Shown: piece by piece, positions 1 through 9,180 of the stretch
How the letters are laid out: each line of letters starts with the position of its first letter
How positions within the stretch are numbered: the first letter of the stretch is position 1
From: Bdellovibrio sp.
GTDB taxonomy: Bacteria; Bdellovibrionota; Bdellovibrionia; Bdellovibrionales; Bdellovibrionaceae
Direction of reading: 5' to 3'
NCBI GenBank assembly: GCA_036677065.1
Contig: JAKFBS010000002.1
Coordinates: forward strand, 480,001 to 544,000
Length of the DNA: 64,000 nucleotides
Notes under the pieces: model-generated
Seen by the model: the letters and a program-made list of their open reading frames with translations, nothing else
Told to the model about the DNA's origin: nothing
Databases searched by the model: none
Translations under genes and position numbers: made by a program

Positions 1-1
1 T

Positions 2-160
2 CGCCCTGATCGTGTTTGGAATATCAAAATGCAATCCTGCTTTCGCTTATGCCCCGAAGAGCGAATTACGATATCTGTAGCTCAGAAAATGACGATGACT
101 CGCACTGCTACTGTGGATAGCGTTGTGCAAGAGATTTTAAGTTTTCTAAAACCTCTATAA
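2..160 (+). CDS. 3' end of a hypothetical protein entering the window (possibly thioredoxin-like 2Fe-2S ferredoxin family)
   Basis: Open frame RPDRVWNIKMQSCFRLCPEERITISVAQKM...SFLKPL* read by hand; CxxxC motif; stop TAA at 158-160. Confidence 0.45.
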   Translation, partial: RPDRVWNIKMQSCFRLCPEERITISVAQKMTMTRTATVDSVVQEILSFLKPL

Positions 161-265
161 ACTGCCAAAATTTCTATTTTTTGCTCAAAAAATCAACTGC
201 TTGATAGTTGTTAAAAGCTAATTTCAAGTCTACATTATAGTCTGCTGCAAGCAGATGGATGACAG

Positions 266-1267
266 ATGGCAAAAAAGACTATTTTAAGCGGAAGTACAGT
301 AACTGGTGATTTAACTCTTGGTAATTATATCGGAGCTATCAACACCTGGACGCAATTACAAGATGAATATGACTGTCTTTATTTTTTAGCCGATCTGCAT
401 GCGCTAACAGTTCATCAAGACCCCGAAGTTTTGCGTAACCGCACGTACAGTTTTTTTGCGCAGTATGTGGCTTTAGGCCTAGACCCGAAAAAAAATATTA
501 TCTTTGCTCAGTCACAGGTTTCGCAGCACACAGAACTTTCTTGGATTTTAACTTGCCTGACGCCGATGGGTAATTTAAATCGCATGACGCAGTTTAAAGA
601 AAAAGCTGAAAAGCATACGAAAAATATTAACGCCGGGTTATTTACTTACCCCGTCTTAATGGCCGCAGATATTTTAATGTATCAAGCTGATTTTGTTCCG
701 GTAGGCGATGATCAAAAACAACATTTAGAATTATGCCGTGATCTTGTGACCTTTTTTGAAAATCGTTATGGTAAAGGTATTTTCAAAATGCCTGAGCCAA
801 TGATTGGAAAAACTGGCGCTCGTATTATGTCGCTGCAAGACCCAACTAAAAAAATGTCGAAGTCTGATGAAAATGATAAAAACTTTGTTTCTATCATTGA
901 TGACGCTAAAAAAATTGAAAAGAAAATCAAATCTGCCGCGACTGATTCAGGCACTGAAATTAAATTTGACCCCGAAAATAAAGCCGGCGTTGCAAACTTA
1001 CTGACGATCTATTCTGTGTTAAGCGGAAAAACCATCGAACAATTAGAAAATGATTACGTCGGCAAAATGTATGGTCATTTAAAAGTAGACCTTGCAGATG
1101 TTGTGATTCAGAAACTAGCCCCAGTTCGCACTAAATATGATGAGCTGATGAAAAACCGTGATTATTTAGATCAGCTCTTAAAAGAAGGCGCAGAACGTGC
1201 TGCCGAGCGTGCCGAAGCTACAACTAAAAAAGTCTATGATGCTGTCGGCTTAATTAAGCGCCGATAA
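266..1267 (+). CDS. trpS: Tryptophan--tRNA ligase
   Basis: TLGNYIGA (HIGH-equivalent), YPVLMAADIL, VPVGDDQKQHLEL, KMSKS. Confidence 0.97.
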   Translation: MAKKTILSGSTVTGDLTLGNYIGAINTWTQLQDEYDCLYFLADLHALTVHQDPEVLRNRTYSFFAQYVALGLDPKKNIIFAQSQVSQHTELSWILTCLTPMGNLNRMTQFKEKAEKHTKNINAGLFTYPVLMAADILMYQADFVPVGDDQKQHLELCRDLVTFFENRYGKGIFKMPEPMIGKTGARIMSLQDPTKKMSKSDENDKNFVSIIDDAKKIEKKIKSAATDSGTEIKFDPENKAGVANLLTIYSVLSGKTIEQLENDYVGKMYGHLKVDLADVVIQKLAPVRTKYDELMKNRDYLDQLLKEGAERAAERAEATTKKVYDAVGLIKRR

Positions 1268-1272
1268 TATTT

Positions 1273-2040
1273 ATGGCGACCGATCAAATACTTAAAATTC
1301 ACGGTGGCCAAATCTTTACCCGCACTTGGGAAGTTAAAAATACTCTTCCTGTAATTATGCTGCATGATTCTTTGGGTTGTGTGGATACGTGGCGCGATTT
1401 TCCTGAAAAATTATCGGCTAAGCTTAATCATACGGTTATTGCCTATGATCGCTTGGGCTTTGGCAAATCCAGCGCCAGAGACGAACTGCCAAGCCTGCAA
1501 TTCATTCAAGAAGAAGCTAAAGTCATCGAAGCCCTCTGCCAAGAGCTCAACATTACTGAATACATTTTATTTGGTTATAGCGTCGGTGGCGCAATGGCCT
1601 TGCTTGCGGCTATCGACAATAAATTTTGCAAGGCTGTGATCAGCGAATCGGCGCAAGCTTTTATTGAAGAACAAACTCGCCATGGAATTCTTGAAGCCAT
1701 TGAGTTTTACAAAGATCCAGAGCGCTTTGATAAACTTAAAAAATACCACGGCGATAAAACCGCATGGGTATTTCACGCTTGGACTGATATTTGGCTTTCA
1801 GAACCCTACGCCAACTGGAGCTTACTTTCGCACTTAACCAAAGTGCTTTGCCCGGTGTTAGTTATTCACGGAGATAAAGATGAGTACGGATCCCTTGCTT
1901 TTCCGGATAGTATTGCCACCACTGTTTCGGGACCGACAACAAAAGCTATAATAAAAAATTGTGGCCATATTCCACACCGCGAGCATCAAGATGAAGTTTT
2001 ATCTTTAATCGAAAAATTCGTGACTGATGTATGTCGGTAA
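1273..2040 (+). CDS. Alpha/beta fold hydrolase
   Basis: LHDSLG, YDRLGFGKS, GYSVGG nucleophile elbow, HGDKD, GHIPH. Confidence 0.9.
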   Translation: MATDQILKIHGGQIFTRTWEVKNTLPVIMLHDSLGCVDTWRDFPEKLSAKLNHTVIAYDRLGFGKSSARDELPSLQFIQEEAKVIEALCQELNITEYILFGYSVGGAMALLAAIDNKFCKAVISESAQAFIEEQTRHGILEAIEFYKDPERFDKLKKYHGDKTAWVFHAWTDIWLSEPYANWSLLSHLTKVLCPVLVIHGDKDEYGSLAFPDSIATTVSGPTTKAIIKNCGHIPHREHQDEVLSLIEKFVTDVCR

Positions 2041-3344
2041 AAGTTTCTCGTATTTTACATGCTGGCTATCAGATAGAAACACCGCAGGCGAAAATTTGGT
2101 TTGACCCGGTTTTTGAAAATCCGTTCAGCCGCAATTGTTATGCTTACCCTAATGTTGAATTTGATATTACGCAGATTAAGGCGCTAAAGCCGGATGCTGT
2201 ATTTATTTCGCATCATCATGACGATCATTGTTCATTCGACAGTTTAAAATTATTAAACCGTGATATTGCGATTTACATGTACTGCGTGCATGCAGAAATG
2301 TTTTCGCTTATTCGCGAATTAGGATTTAAAAACGTTTTTTCTATAAAATTAAATGAAACCATCAAACTGGCAGATTTGCAAGTTATCGCCCGTAGAGCTT
2401 TAGATGCGGATGTTGATTCTCTTTTTCAAATTAAAGCGCAAGGTTTAAATATCTTAAACGTTGTTGATTCATGGATAGATGAAGAAACTCTTGGCTTGCT
2501 TTTAAACGAGCCTGCTTGGGATTTAATGATGTGGCCATTCCAAACTATGCGCGAAGTAGAAGTCTTATCGCCTAGCCGCTATAAAGCTGAACCACCGTCA
2601 TTACCCGAAGAATGGCTTTTGCAACTAGCGAAACTTAAACCCAAAAAGTTAATTCCAAGTTCTTGTCAGTTTCGTATGGAAGACTGGTCTTGGTATAACC
2701 AAGCATTTTTTCCGATCAGCTATCAGCAATTTAATAACGAAATTAAATCGATTCTGCCAGAAACTGAAATTCGACGTCTTAACCCTGGAAAAACACTTTC
2801 ATTCAATCAAAATGAAGTTGCTGAAGATCAACCCCTTCCGTGGATTAAACCCATTGGCGATCAGAATGTTGATTATCATTACAATCTGTCAGTGGTTCCA
2901 CAAAGTACCAGCGAAATCGCTAAACATTTTCCAGCACTCAATGCTGTTCATAAAAATATCGTGCGTAATTATTGTGAAGAAAAACTTTTACAAAAATTCA
3001 TTTCTCTTGGGCCAGCAGAAGATTCGTACTTTATTAAAACTAGATTTTGGCAGCTTTCACTTTTTGACCACACAGGTCTTGTGAAAAATTATTATTACCA
3101 ATTAAAAGAAGAAAATATCACCTTCTTAACTAAAACTCCCGCTCTGATAAATTGGACCACTGAGGTTTCAGAAAATAAATTATATGCAGCTCTTGAGTTA
3201 GGTGAATCTTTAACTTCGATGTATGTGCGAATTAATTGCGACGATGAAGACGTTGATATCATCCAAGACCCACTTATTCGCTGTTTATTCAGCGAAGGTT
3301 TTGCTGAATACCAAAAAGCGCAGCTTAAACAAATTTTATCTTAG
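2031..3344 (+). CDS. MBL-fold metallo-hydrolase with C-terminal extension
   Basis: HAGY..WFDP, ISHHHDDH (HxHxDH) metal motif; overlaps upstream gene by 10 bp. Confidence 0.8.
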   Translation: MSVKVSRILHAGYQIETPQAKIWFDPVFENPFSRNCYAYPNVEFDITQIKALKPDAVFISHHHDDHCSFDSLKLLNRDIAIYMYCVHAEMFSLIRELGFKNVFSIKLNETIKLADLQVIARRALDADVDSLFQIKAQGLNILNVVDSWIDEETLGLLLNEPAWDLMMWPFQTMREVEVLSPSRYKAEPPSLPEEWLLQLAKLKPKKLIPSSCQFRMEDWSWYNQAFFPISYQQFNNEIKSILPETEIRRLNPGKTLSFNQNEVAEDQPLPWIKPIGDQNVDYHYNLSVVPQSTSEIAKHFPALNAVHKNIVRNYCEEKLLQKFISLGPAEDSYFIKTRFWQLSLFDHTGLVKNYYYQLKEENITFLTKTPALINWTTEVSENKLYAALELGESLTSMYVRINCDDEDVDIIQDPLIRCLFSEGFAEYQKAQLKQILS

Positions 3345-3547
3345 TAGTGTGGTGGTTTTTCGTGCGGGCGGATTTCGTTATCGCCGCTTTGAACTGAGTG
3401 AGCCTGACTTTTAAATAGCGCAAAGGCTTTTTCGAGCTGATCGATTTGTTTTTGCTGCCCGATAACAACGGCATTCAAATCTTCAATGACTTGATCTTGA
3501 AAAGCAATTTTAGTCTCTAAATCTATCAGGCGAAATTCTAATTCCAT
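3341..3547 (-). CDS. slyX: SlyX family protein
   Basis: RLIDLETKIAFQDQVIEDLN...QQKQID...EKPPHY; ATG at 3547 preferred over 3586. Confidence 0.92.
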   Translation of the reverse strand: MELEFRLIDLETKIAFQDQVIEDLNAVVIGQQKQIDQLEKAFALFKSQAHSVQSGDNEIRPHEKPPHY

Positions 3548-3565
3548 GGCCGAAATAAACCAATA

Positions 3566-3602
3566 ATGCGGCAAAAGATCAATCATTAATCTTTTGCCGC
3601 AT
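3566..3602. terminator. 14-bp-stem hairpin, probable terminator for the 4502-3619 unit
   Basis: ATGCGGCAAAAGAT-N9-ATCTTTTGCCGCAT; U-tract on the - strand is imperfect. Confidence 0.55.
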
Positions 3603-3618
3603 CAAAATTACTGTATTT

Positions 3619-3948
3619 CTAATAACCTTGCGTATCGCTAGGCACTACCGTTCCAGACGCCGGCGGCGCCATCGCTCGACGACGGGCCTCTGACATATCG
3701 GTTTCTGTGGCTCTGCGTGAATCAGTGGCCGGATCCATTGGATTCACCGTTGTGATTTCATTGGGAGCTGTTTGTCCCGGAACTGCAGGTGTCGTATTCG
3801 TGGTCGTCTGAGTCGGACTGACCACGCCGGCCCCTGTATTAGTGCCGACACCATTTGCTTGCGGTTGTGACTGTGCTTCGGCAAAAACGCCGTAAGTTAT
3901 CGTTAAAAATAAAGTAAGAATTTTTATTTCACGTCTAAGTTGAATCAT
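3619..3948 (-). CDS. Secreted low-complexity Thr/Pro-rich hypothetical protein
   Basis: Signal peptide (..GVFAEA), GGAGG RBS, T/P/Q-rich body. Confidence 0.7.
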   Translation of the reverse strand: MIQLRREIKILTLFLTITYGVFAEAQSQPQANGVGTNTGAGVVSPTQTTTNTTPAVPGQTAPNEITTVNPMDPATDSRRATETDMSEARRRAMAPPASGTVVPSDTQGY

Positions 3949-3956
3949 AATACCTC

Positions 3957-4502
3957 CTACTCAATCACTGATTTGATTTCTTTAGCGTGTGCTAGATGCA
4001 CTGTGATCGCATCACGAGTTTTTTCTAAATGAGCCTTATAAGCCGCATTTTGCGCCCCCGAAATTAGCGTATTCACTGTATCTAAAGCTTTTTCGTGCAT
4101 GCCCACCTGCTGATCCATGTACGCACGATCGAAATCTTCTTTAGCTGTTTTTTTCAAAGTTTTTTCCATATCTTCGGCTTCTGCTTCTAATGATTTACTC
4201 ATATCTGTTTTTTTGAAGTCTAAGTCTTGTTTACGGGCTAGTTTCTTTGTGTCTTTTTCATTTTTCTTGTGCTGATCGACCATCATTTTAGCGTAGTCTT
4301 TGACTTGCTTATTGCTGGCTTTACGTTTGGCTAATTGACCTAAATCAATTTCACCTTCGTTTAGGGTCACCATGACTTCTGCACCTTCTCCGTCAGAAAG
4401 CGTTGCTGGCATAGCCTTAACCATGTCTTCAGCTATAGCATATGGAATATTGCTTAAAGTGAACAACACGAGTGTTATCATTGATATTAAAAGTTTTCTC
4501 AT
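3957..4502 (-). CDS. DUF4142 domain secreted protein (ferritin-like)
   Basis: Signal peptide; EIDLGQLA..VKDYAKMMVDQH..FDRAYMDQQVGMHEKAL..HLAHAK. Confidence 0.88.
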   Translation of the reverse strand: MRKLLISMITLVLFTLSNIPYAIAEDMVKAMPATLSDGEGAEVMVTLNEGEIDLGQLAKRKASNKQVKDYAKMMVDQHKKNEKDTKKLARKQDLDFKKTDMSKSLEAEAEDMEKTLKKTAKEDFDRAYMDQQVGMHEKALDTVNTLISGAQNAAYKAHLEKTRDAITVHLAHAKEIKSVIE

Positions 4503-4567
4503 TTCTAAGTCTCCTTTTTAAAGTTGTTTATTTTGCTGCGTGATCCAACAGCGATTAACAATAATAT

Positions 4568-4583
4568 TGCAAGCGACCCGCCA
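4568..4583 (-). promoter_or_regulatory. Putative sigma54 promoter for the DUF4142 gene
   Basis: - strand TGGCGG-GTCGC-TTGCA; correct GG-N10-GC spacing. Confidence 0.6.
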
Positions 4584-4660
4584 GAATTGGCGGGGTGATA
4601 TTCCTCGAAATTAAAAATTTAATTTGGTTTACGACACGTAACGGTGCTAATCTTTTGGCT

Positions 4661-5110
4661 ATGAATACATGGATTAGTTTTCTTCCGGCAATCTTAGGTG
4701 TGGTCGTTGTTTTACAAGCAGGCCTTAATAAAAAAATCTCAGCAAATTGGGGAATCACTTCAGCCGTTTTATTAAACGCTATCGTCTTCTTTGTGATTGC
4801 GGCTGTATTCTTTGCTGTCGCTTTATGGCGCGGTGATTTGTTCTCAGCCAACATGAAACCCAGTGTGGATCTAAAAACTTTTTCGCTCTGGTATTTAATT
4901 CCCGGCGCTCTAGGTTGTGTTTTAGTTTTTGGAGGCCCGATGGCAATTATGCGCTGGGGGGCTGTGCACACATTTATTTTAATTATTTCAGCACAGTTGT
5001 TGGCAAGTCTTATCTGGGATTGGAAAATCGAAGCCCTGCCGGTTTCACCGATGCGCATTGCCGGAATTTCTTTAGCTTGGATTGGCGCCGTGCTGGTATG
5101 CAAGGCCTAA
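4661..5110 (+). CDS. DMT family (YdcZ/DUF606-like) transporter
   Basis: GVVVVLQAGLN, WYLIPGALG, SAQLLASLIWD, RIAGI; ATG at 4661 preferred. Confidence 0.85.
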   Translation: MNTWISFLPAILGVVVVLQAGLNKKISANWGITSAVLLNAIVFFVIAAVFFAVALWRGDLFSANMKPSVDLKTFSLWYLIPGALGCVLVFGGPMAIMRWGAVHTFILIISAQLLASLIWDWKIEALPVSPMRIAGISLAWIGAVLVCKA

Positions 5111-6006
5111 TCAGCTACTATGCCACGTTACAATCATTGGTTGAAGTGGGTTTAGGAAGTTTTTTGCACGCGATGCATATTCCTTTCTCAGGACATGCAT
5201 TATCCTTAAACCAAGGATTAATCTTAACTCAAGCCTGTCAAAAAGCAGAATCGCGTAAAGATGCTATCACTGCAACAAACGGCATTTCAATTATCACAGC
5301 TATTCTAAAATCACTTTCTCCGATGGGAAAACGCCTGACTCCGATGCTTGCGATCAGCATGCAGGGTTTTTTGTTTTCAATCGGTGTATTTATTTTCGGA
5401 AATAATATTTTAGGCATGGTTTTAGGAATCAGTCTTTTATCACTGTGGAGTTTTGCACAACCGCTGCTATTTGCTTATTTGTTTTTTGGCGAAAAATTAT
5501 TTTTTGCAGTCGAAAAGCTGTGGCTAGACATCACTGAAAAATTATCTCTTTCACCTGAGTATGGAATAAATATTTTATTAGCCTTTGTAGGGTTGAAAAT
5601 TGTTCTAGCCTGGATTGTCGCACTTATTGGCTGGAAGTACCCAACTTGGATTACCGAAAAGTATTTTACCAAAATCATGAAATACAAAGACTTTACGACT
5701 GATAAAATTAAAAATAGAAAAACTCAAAGTGCGACAAGTGGCGCATTTAAGGATTTATTAAATCCCTGGATGATCATTTCATTAGTTTTAACAATTGGGT
5801 TTATGATTTTAACCGAGAAATCAGATTATTTTCAGATTTTCGTGTACAGCTTACGCGTAATCGCTGTGGCCTACTTAGTATTTTTTATTCTAAGAGCTTT
5901 TCCGCAGAGCTGGATTAAAAAAGCGCTTAAGTCGTTTCCCACTTTAGCAAAGACTGTGGATCAAGTTTACGATCGCGCTCCTGAATCAGCTGAGCCGAAA
6001 CGCTAA
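5098..6006 (+). CDS. Multi-pass membrane hypothetical protein
   Basis: Several hydrophobic helices; ATG 5098 overlaps the DMT stop; upstream extension of the listed ORF lies inside the DMT gene. Confidence 0.7.
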   Translation: MQGLISYYATLQSLVEVGLGSFLHAMHIPFSGHALSLNQGLILTQACQKAESRKDAITATNGISIITAILKSLSPMGKRLTPMLAISMQGFLFSIGVFIFGNNILGMVLGISLLSLWSFAQPLLFAYLFFGEKLFFAVEKLWLDITEKLSLSPEYGINILLAFVGLKIVLAWIVALIGWKYPTWITEKYFTKIMKYKDFTTDKIKNRKTQSATSGAFKDLLNPWMIISLVLTIGFMILTEKSDYFQIFVYSLRVIAVAYLVFFILRAFPQSWIKKALKSFPTLAKTVDQVYDRAPESAEPKR

Positions 6007-6754
6007 CTGCAATTTCATAAGGATGATTTTGTCCAATAGGAAAACCAATCGGACAATGAAAGTCTTTGAGCACCTCTGCACTAATACCGAATTCTTGCAA
6101 TTCTTTACGCAGTCTTAGCCCTTTTACTTTGCTGCCGATGTTTCCAATAAATGGAGCATCTGGAAAGCGTGTGTACAGTTGTTTTAAGATGGGTAAATCC
6201 ATGGCATGGCCTTGAGTCATGATTACAAAAAAAGAATTTTTATTTAGCGTTTCAACAATCGCTGATGGATCTTCAGCATGAATTTTTTTAAGATTAAAGC
6301 TTTCAGGAAGCTTGTCTAACCATTCGGTGCGATTATCAATACAAGTGACCTGACAATTTAAATTAATCAATAAACGAATCAAGGCTTGCGAAACATGTCC
6401 CGCACCGAAAACGACGATCGGCCAAGTGCTATAGCGGTGCACTTCAAATAGATATGTGATCTCGCCACCACAGCTCATGCCGATATCACGCTGTAAATTC
6501 CACGTGACTAATTCGGGCTCTGCTTTATTTTGGCTAATGATTTCTTTACTGTGTAAAATCGCACGCGCTTCAACCCGACCACCACCGACCGTCCCCCAGT
6601 GAAGGCCGTTCTCGGTGATAATGGCTTTTGCTCCAGCATCTTGCGGTGCTGAACCGCGCGAACCAATCACTGTTACGACAACAAAAGACTGTGCCCTATT
6701 TTGTAATTCGAAAGCGACATCCCAGTATGTTTTCATTAGTGCAGCTTCGACCAT
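5927..6754 (-). CDS. xdhC: Xanthine dehydrogenase accessory protein XdhC
   Basis: GSAPQDAGAK, GTVGGGRVE, GMSCGG, FGAGHV, MTQGHAMD, IGSKVK, CPIG; start may be 6736. Confidence 0.93.
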   Translation of the reverse strand: MVEAALMKTYWDVAFELQNRAQSFVVVTVIGSRGSAPQDAGAKAIITENGLHWGTVGGGRVEARAILHSKEIISQNKAEPELVTWNLQRDIGMSCGGEITYLFEVHRYSTWPIVVFGAGHVSQALIRLLINLNCQVTCIDNRTEWLDKLPESFNLKKIHAEDPSAIVETLNKNSFFVIMTQGHAMDLPILKQLYTRFPDAPFIGNIGSKVKGLRLRKELQEFGISAEVLKDFHCPIGFPIGQNHPYEIAVSVSAQLIQERDRKLDPQSLLKWETT

Positions 6755-9180
6755 TTTTTAAAACGTTCAGGATTAATGGCTTTTAAAATTTCTTCATTCG
6801 TCGCAGGAAGTTCCATCAAAGGATATTTTCCTCTGTAAGGTGTAAGAGTTTTAAGCGCATCATGAATCGCCGTCCACACACTTAAACAAAGTAATAATGG
6901 CGGTTCACCTGCGGCTTTGGTGCCGCGAACGTTAGGTTTGTTTTCATTATTATTTAACAAGCGCACATTAAAAATTCTTGGCGTATCTTGAATATTTGGA
7001 ATTTTATACGTACTTGGTGCATGTGATAATAAATAGCCGTTTTTATAAAATAATTTCTCTGTCGTTACCCAGCCCATGCCTTGAATAAATGCGCCAGTCA
7101 CCTGGCCTAAATCAAGCGCTTCATTAATTGGTCGGCCCAGATCCATAATAATATCAACACGGGTTACTTTAGCTTCGCCGGTGTCTCGATCAATACTGAC
7201 TTCAGAGCAAGCGGCACCTTGGGTGAAATATAAAAAGGCTACACCTTTACCAGTTAACTTATTAAATAATAAACCCGGAAATCTATAATGCGCGTATTCG
7301 CTTAATGAAATACGATTATGATAAGCTTCAACAATCAGCGAATGAAAGCTCATGCGCTTTTCTGGATCTTTAGTAGAAAAAACCTGGCCGTCTTTAAAAC
7401 TTACCCCGAAGTATTCAGCAATTCCTGAATTCCATTCAGCACCTTCATTGGGATCATTGGTAAGTTTTGCTTCGCTAACTTCAACTTCTGGTTGTGTACC
7501 AAGGCCTGCAGTATGTCGTGCCCAGTGGCTTTCTGGAATATCAAAAAGTTTCAGGGCTAATTCGCTTAAGCGCTGTTTAATTCGGCGAATTCCAATAAGT
7601 GCTGCGGCACCGTTAAGATCGGTACCGCTTGAAGCTGCCGTTGGTGAAGTGTTGGCATTCTTATCAGTTGATGTTGGCATCATACGTACATCACTGCGCT
7701 GCAACCCTAGTTCAGAGGCTACGAGTTCAGAAATACGCGCGTTCACACCTTGCCCCATTTCAGTGGCTCCAGTTGAAACTTGCAATGTGCCATCGCGGTG
7801 AATAATCACTAAAGCGTTAGCTTGATTTAAAAATCTGGTCGTAAATGAAATACCAAATTTTACTGGCGTTAAGGATAACCCCTTCATCGGAAGTGATAAA
7901 TCATTTAAAGCTTTTCGATTATACTCTTCGATTTCTTTACGGCGCTTTAAATAATCACTTTCTTTTTCTAGATCACTTAATAACCTTGGCAGACAATTAT
8001 TTTCTACGACTTGATCGTAGTGAGTGATATTTCTGCCATCACGGTCTTCGTAACAATTTAATTTTCTAATTTCTAAAGGGTCTTTTCCTAAGTAGTGCGC
8101 AATTTCTTCGATAATTTTTTCAATCATCGCCACACCTTTTGGCCCACCGAAACCACGAAATGCGGTGTGCGGATGGTAATTCGTGCGACAAACTTGGCCT
8201 ACAACTCGCATGTGCGGAATAAAATAAGCGTTATCCGAATGAAGCATCGCGCGCTCCATGATCGAAGTCGATAGATCGGCGTAAGCGCCGCCATCAGAAT
8301 AAAGTTTAGCATCAAGAGCTGTGATCATACCCTCGTTATCAAAACCGACATTATAAAACACTTCAAACGGATTTCGTTTACCCGTCATGATCATGTCGTC
8401 ATCTTTTGTTAGATTAATACGAGCTGCGCAATTTAGTTTTTGTGCGACAAGAGCTGCGTACGCTGCAATCGGCGCAGCTTGGGATTCTTTACCACCAAAA
8501 CCTCCGCCCATACGTTTTACAATCACAGTCACATCTTTAGAAGCCAGACCAAGACCGTGCGAGACGACATGCTGACATTCAGTTGGATGTTGCGATGAAG
8601 AATGAATTTCGATTTGCCCATCTTCTTTAGGGTAAGCAACGGCCACATTACTTTCTAAATAGAAATGATCTGCCCCGCGAATGACTAGTGAATTTTCTAA
8701 TTTATTGGGCGCAAGTTTTAAAGCTTGTTCGATATTACCACGTTCAATTTTTCTAGATCCTGCAATCCATGATTCAAGCGAGATCGCGTCTTGAATAGAA
8801 AGCACAGCAGGTTTAATTTCATAATTAATTTCGATTAAGGCTTTTGCTTCACAGGCAGCATCAATACTAGTCGCTGCGATAAGCGCGATCGCTTCTCCGG
8901 CAAAATTCACTTCAACGTCAGCTAAGAGTGGCTGATCGCGAAAAATAGTGCCCCAAAGGTTTTCATGAAAGTCTTTACCTAAGAATACACCTTTAACACC
9001 AGGATGTTTTAAAGCTTTTTCGATATTGATCTTTTTAATTCTAGCTTTAGCATGCGGGCTGAATAGCACTTCAACATGCAATTCGTTAGATAACTTTGGA
9101 CGGTCATCGACAAATTCACTTTGACCGGTTACATGGGTATGGGCTGAATCGTGAGGAAGATTACTCATGATTAGCTCCAT
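6736..9180 (-). CDS. xdhB: Xanthine dehydrogenase molybdopterin-binding subunit
   Basis: HDSAHTHVTG, RMGGGFGGKESQ, AFRGFGGP, TEMGQG, SPTAASSG, GEPPLLL; start 9180 or 9168. Confidence 0.96.
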   Translation of the reverse strand: MELIMSNLPHDSAHTHVTGQSEFVDDRPKLSNELHVEVLFSPHAKARIKKINIEKALKHPGVKGVFLGKDFHENLWGTIFRDQPLLADVEVNFAGEAIALIAATSIDAACEAKALIEINYEIKPAVLSIQDAISLESWIAGSRKIERGNIEQALKLAPNKLENSLVIRGADHFYLESNVAVAYPKEDGQIEIHSSSQHPTECQHVVSHGLGLASKDVTVIVKRMGGGFGGKESQAAPIAAYAALVAQKLNCAARINLTKDDDMIMTGKRNPFEVFYNVGFDNEGMITALDAKLYSDGGAYADLSTSIMERAMLHSDNAYFIPHMRVVGQVCRTNYHPHTAFRGFGGPKGVAMIEKIIEEIAHYLGKDPLEIRKLNCYEDRDGRNITHYDQVVENNCLPRLLSDLEKESDYLKRRKEIEEYNRKALNDLSLPMKGLSLTPVKFGISFTTRFLNQANALVIIHRDGTLQVSTGATEMGQGVNARISELVASELGLQRSDVRMMPTSTDKNANTSPTAASSGTDLNGAAALIGIRRIKQRLSELALKLFDIPESHWARHTAGLGTQPEVEVSEAKLTNDPNEGAEWNSGIAEYFGVSFKDGQVFSTKDPEKRMSFHSLIVEAYHNRISLSEYAHYRFPGLLFNKLTGKGVAFLYFTQGAACSEVSIDRDTGEAKVTRVDIIMDLGRPINEALDLGQVTGAFIQGMGWVTTEKLFYKNGYLLSHAPSTYKIPNIQDTPRIFNVRLLNNNENKPNVRGTKAAGEPPLLLCLSVWTAIHDALKTLTPYRGKYPLMELPATNEEILKAINPERFKKWSKLH

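Noticed and set aside
4555..5103. 182-aa - strand ORF
   Set aside because: Antisense shadow of the DMT transporter with no recognisable motif
7352..8575. + strand ORFs of 60-149 aa inside xdhB
   Set aside because: Antisense shadows of a conserved gene; the same applies to the short ORFs within icmF, crt, hbd, fadJ, maeB and the FG-GAP gene
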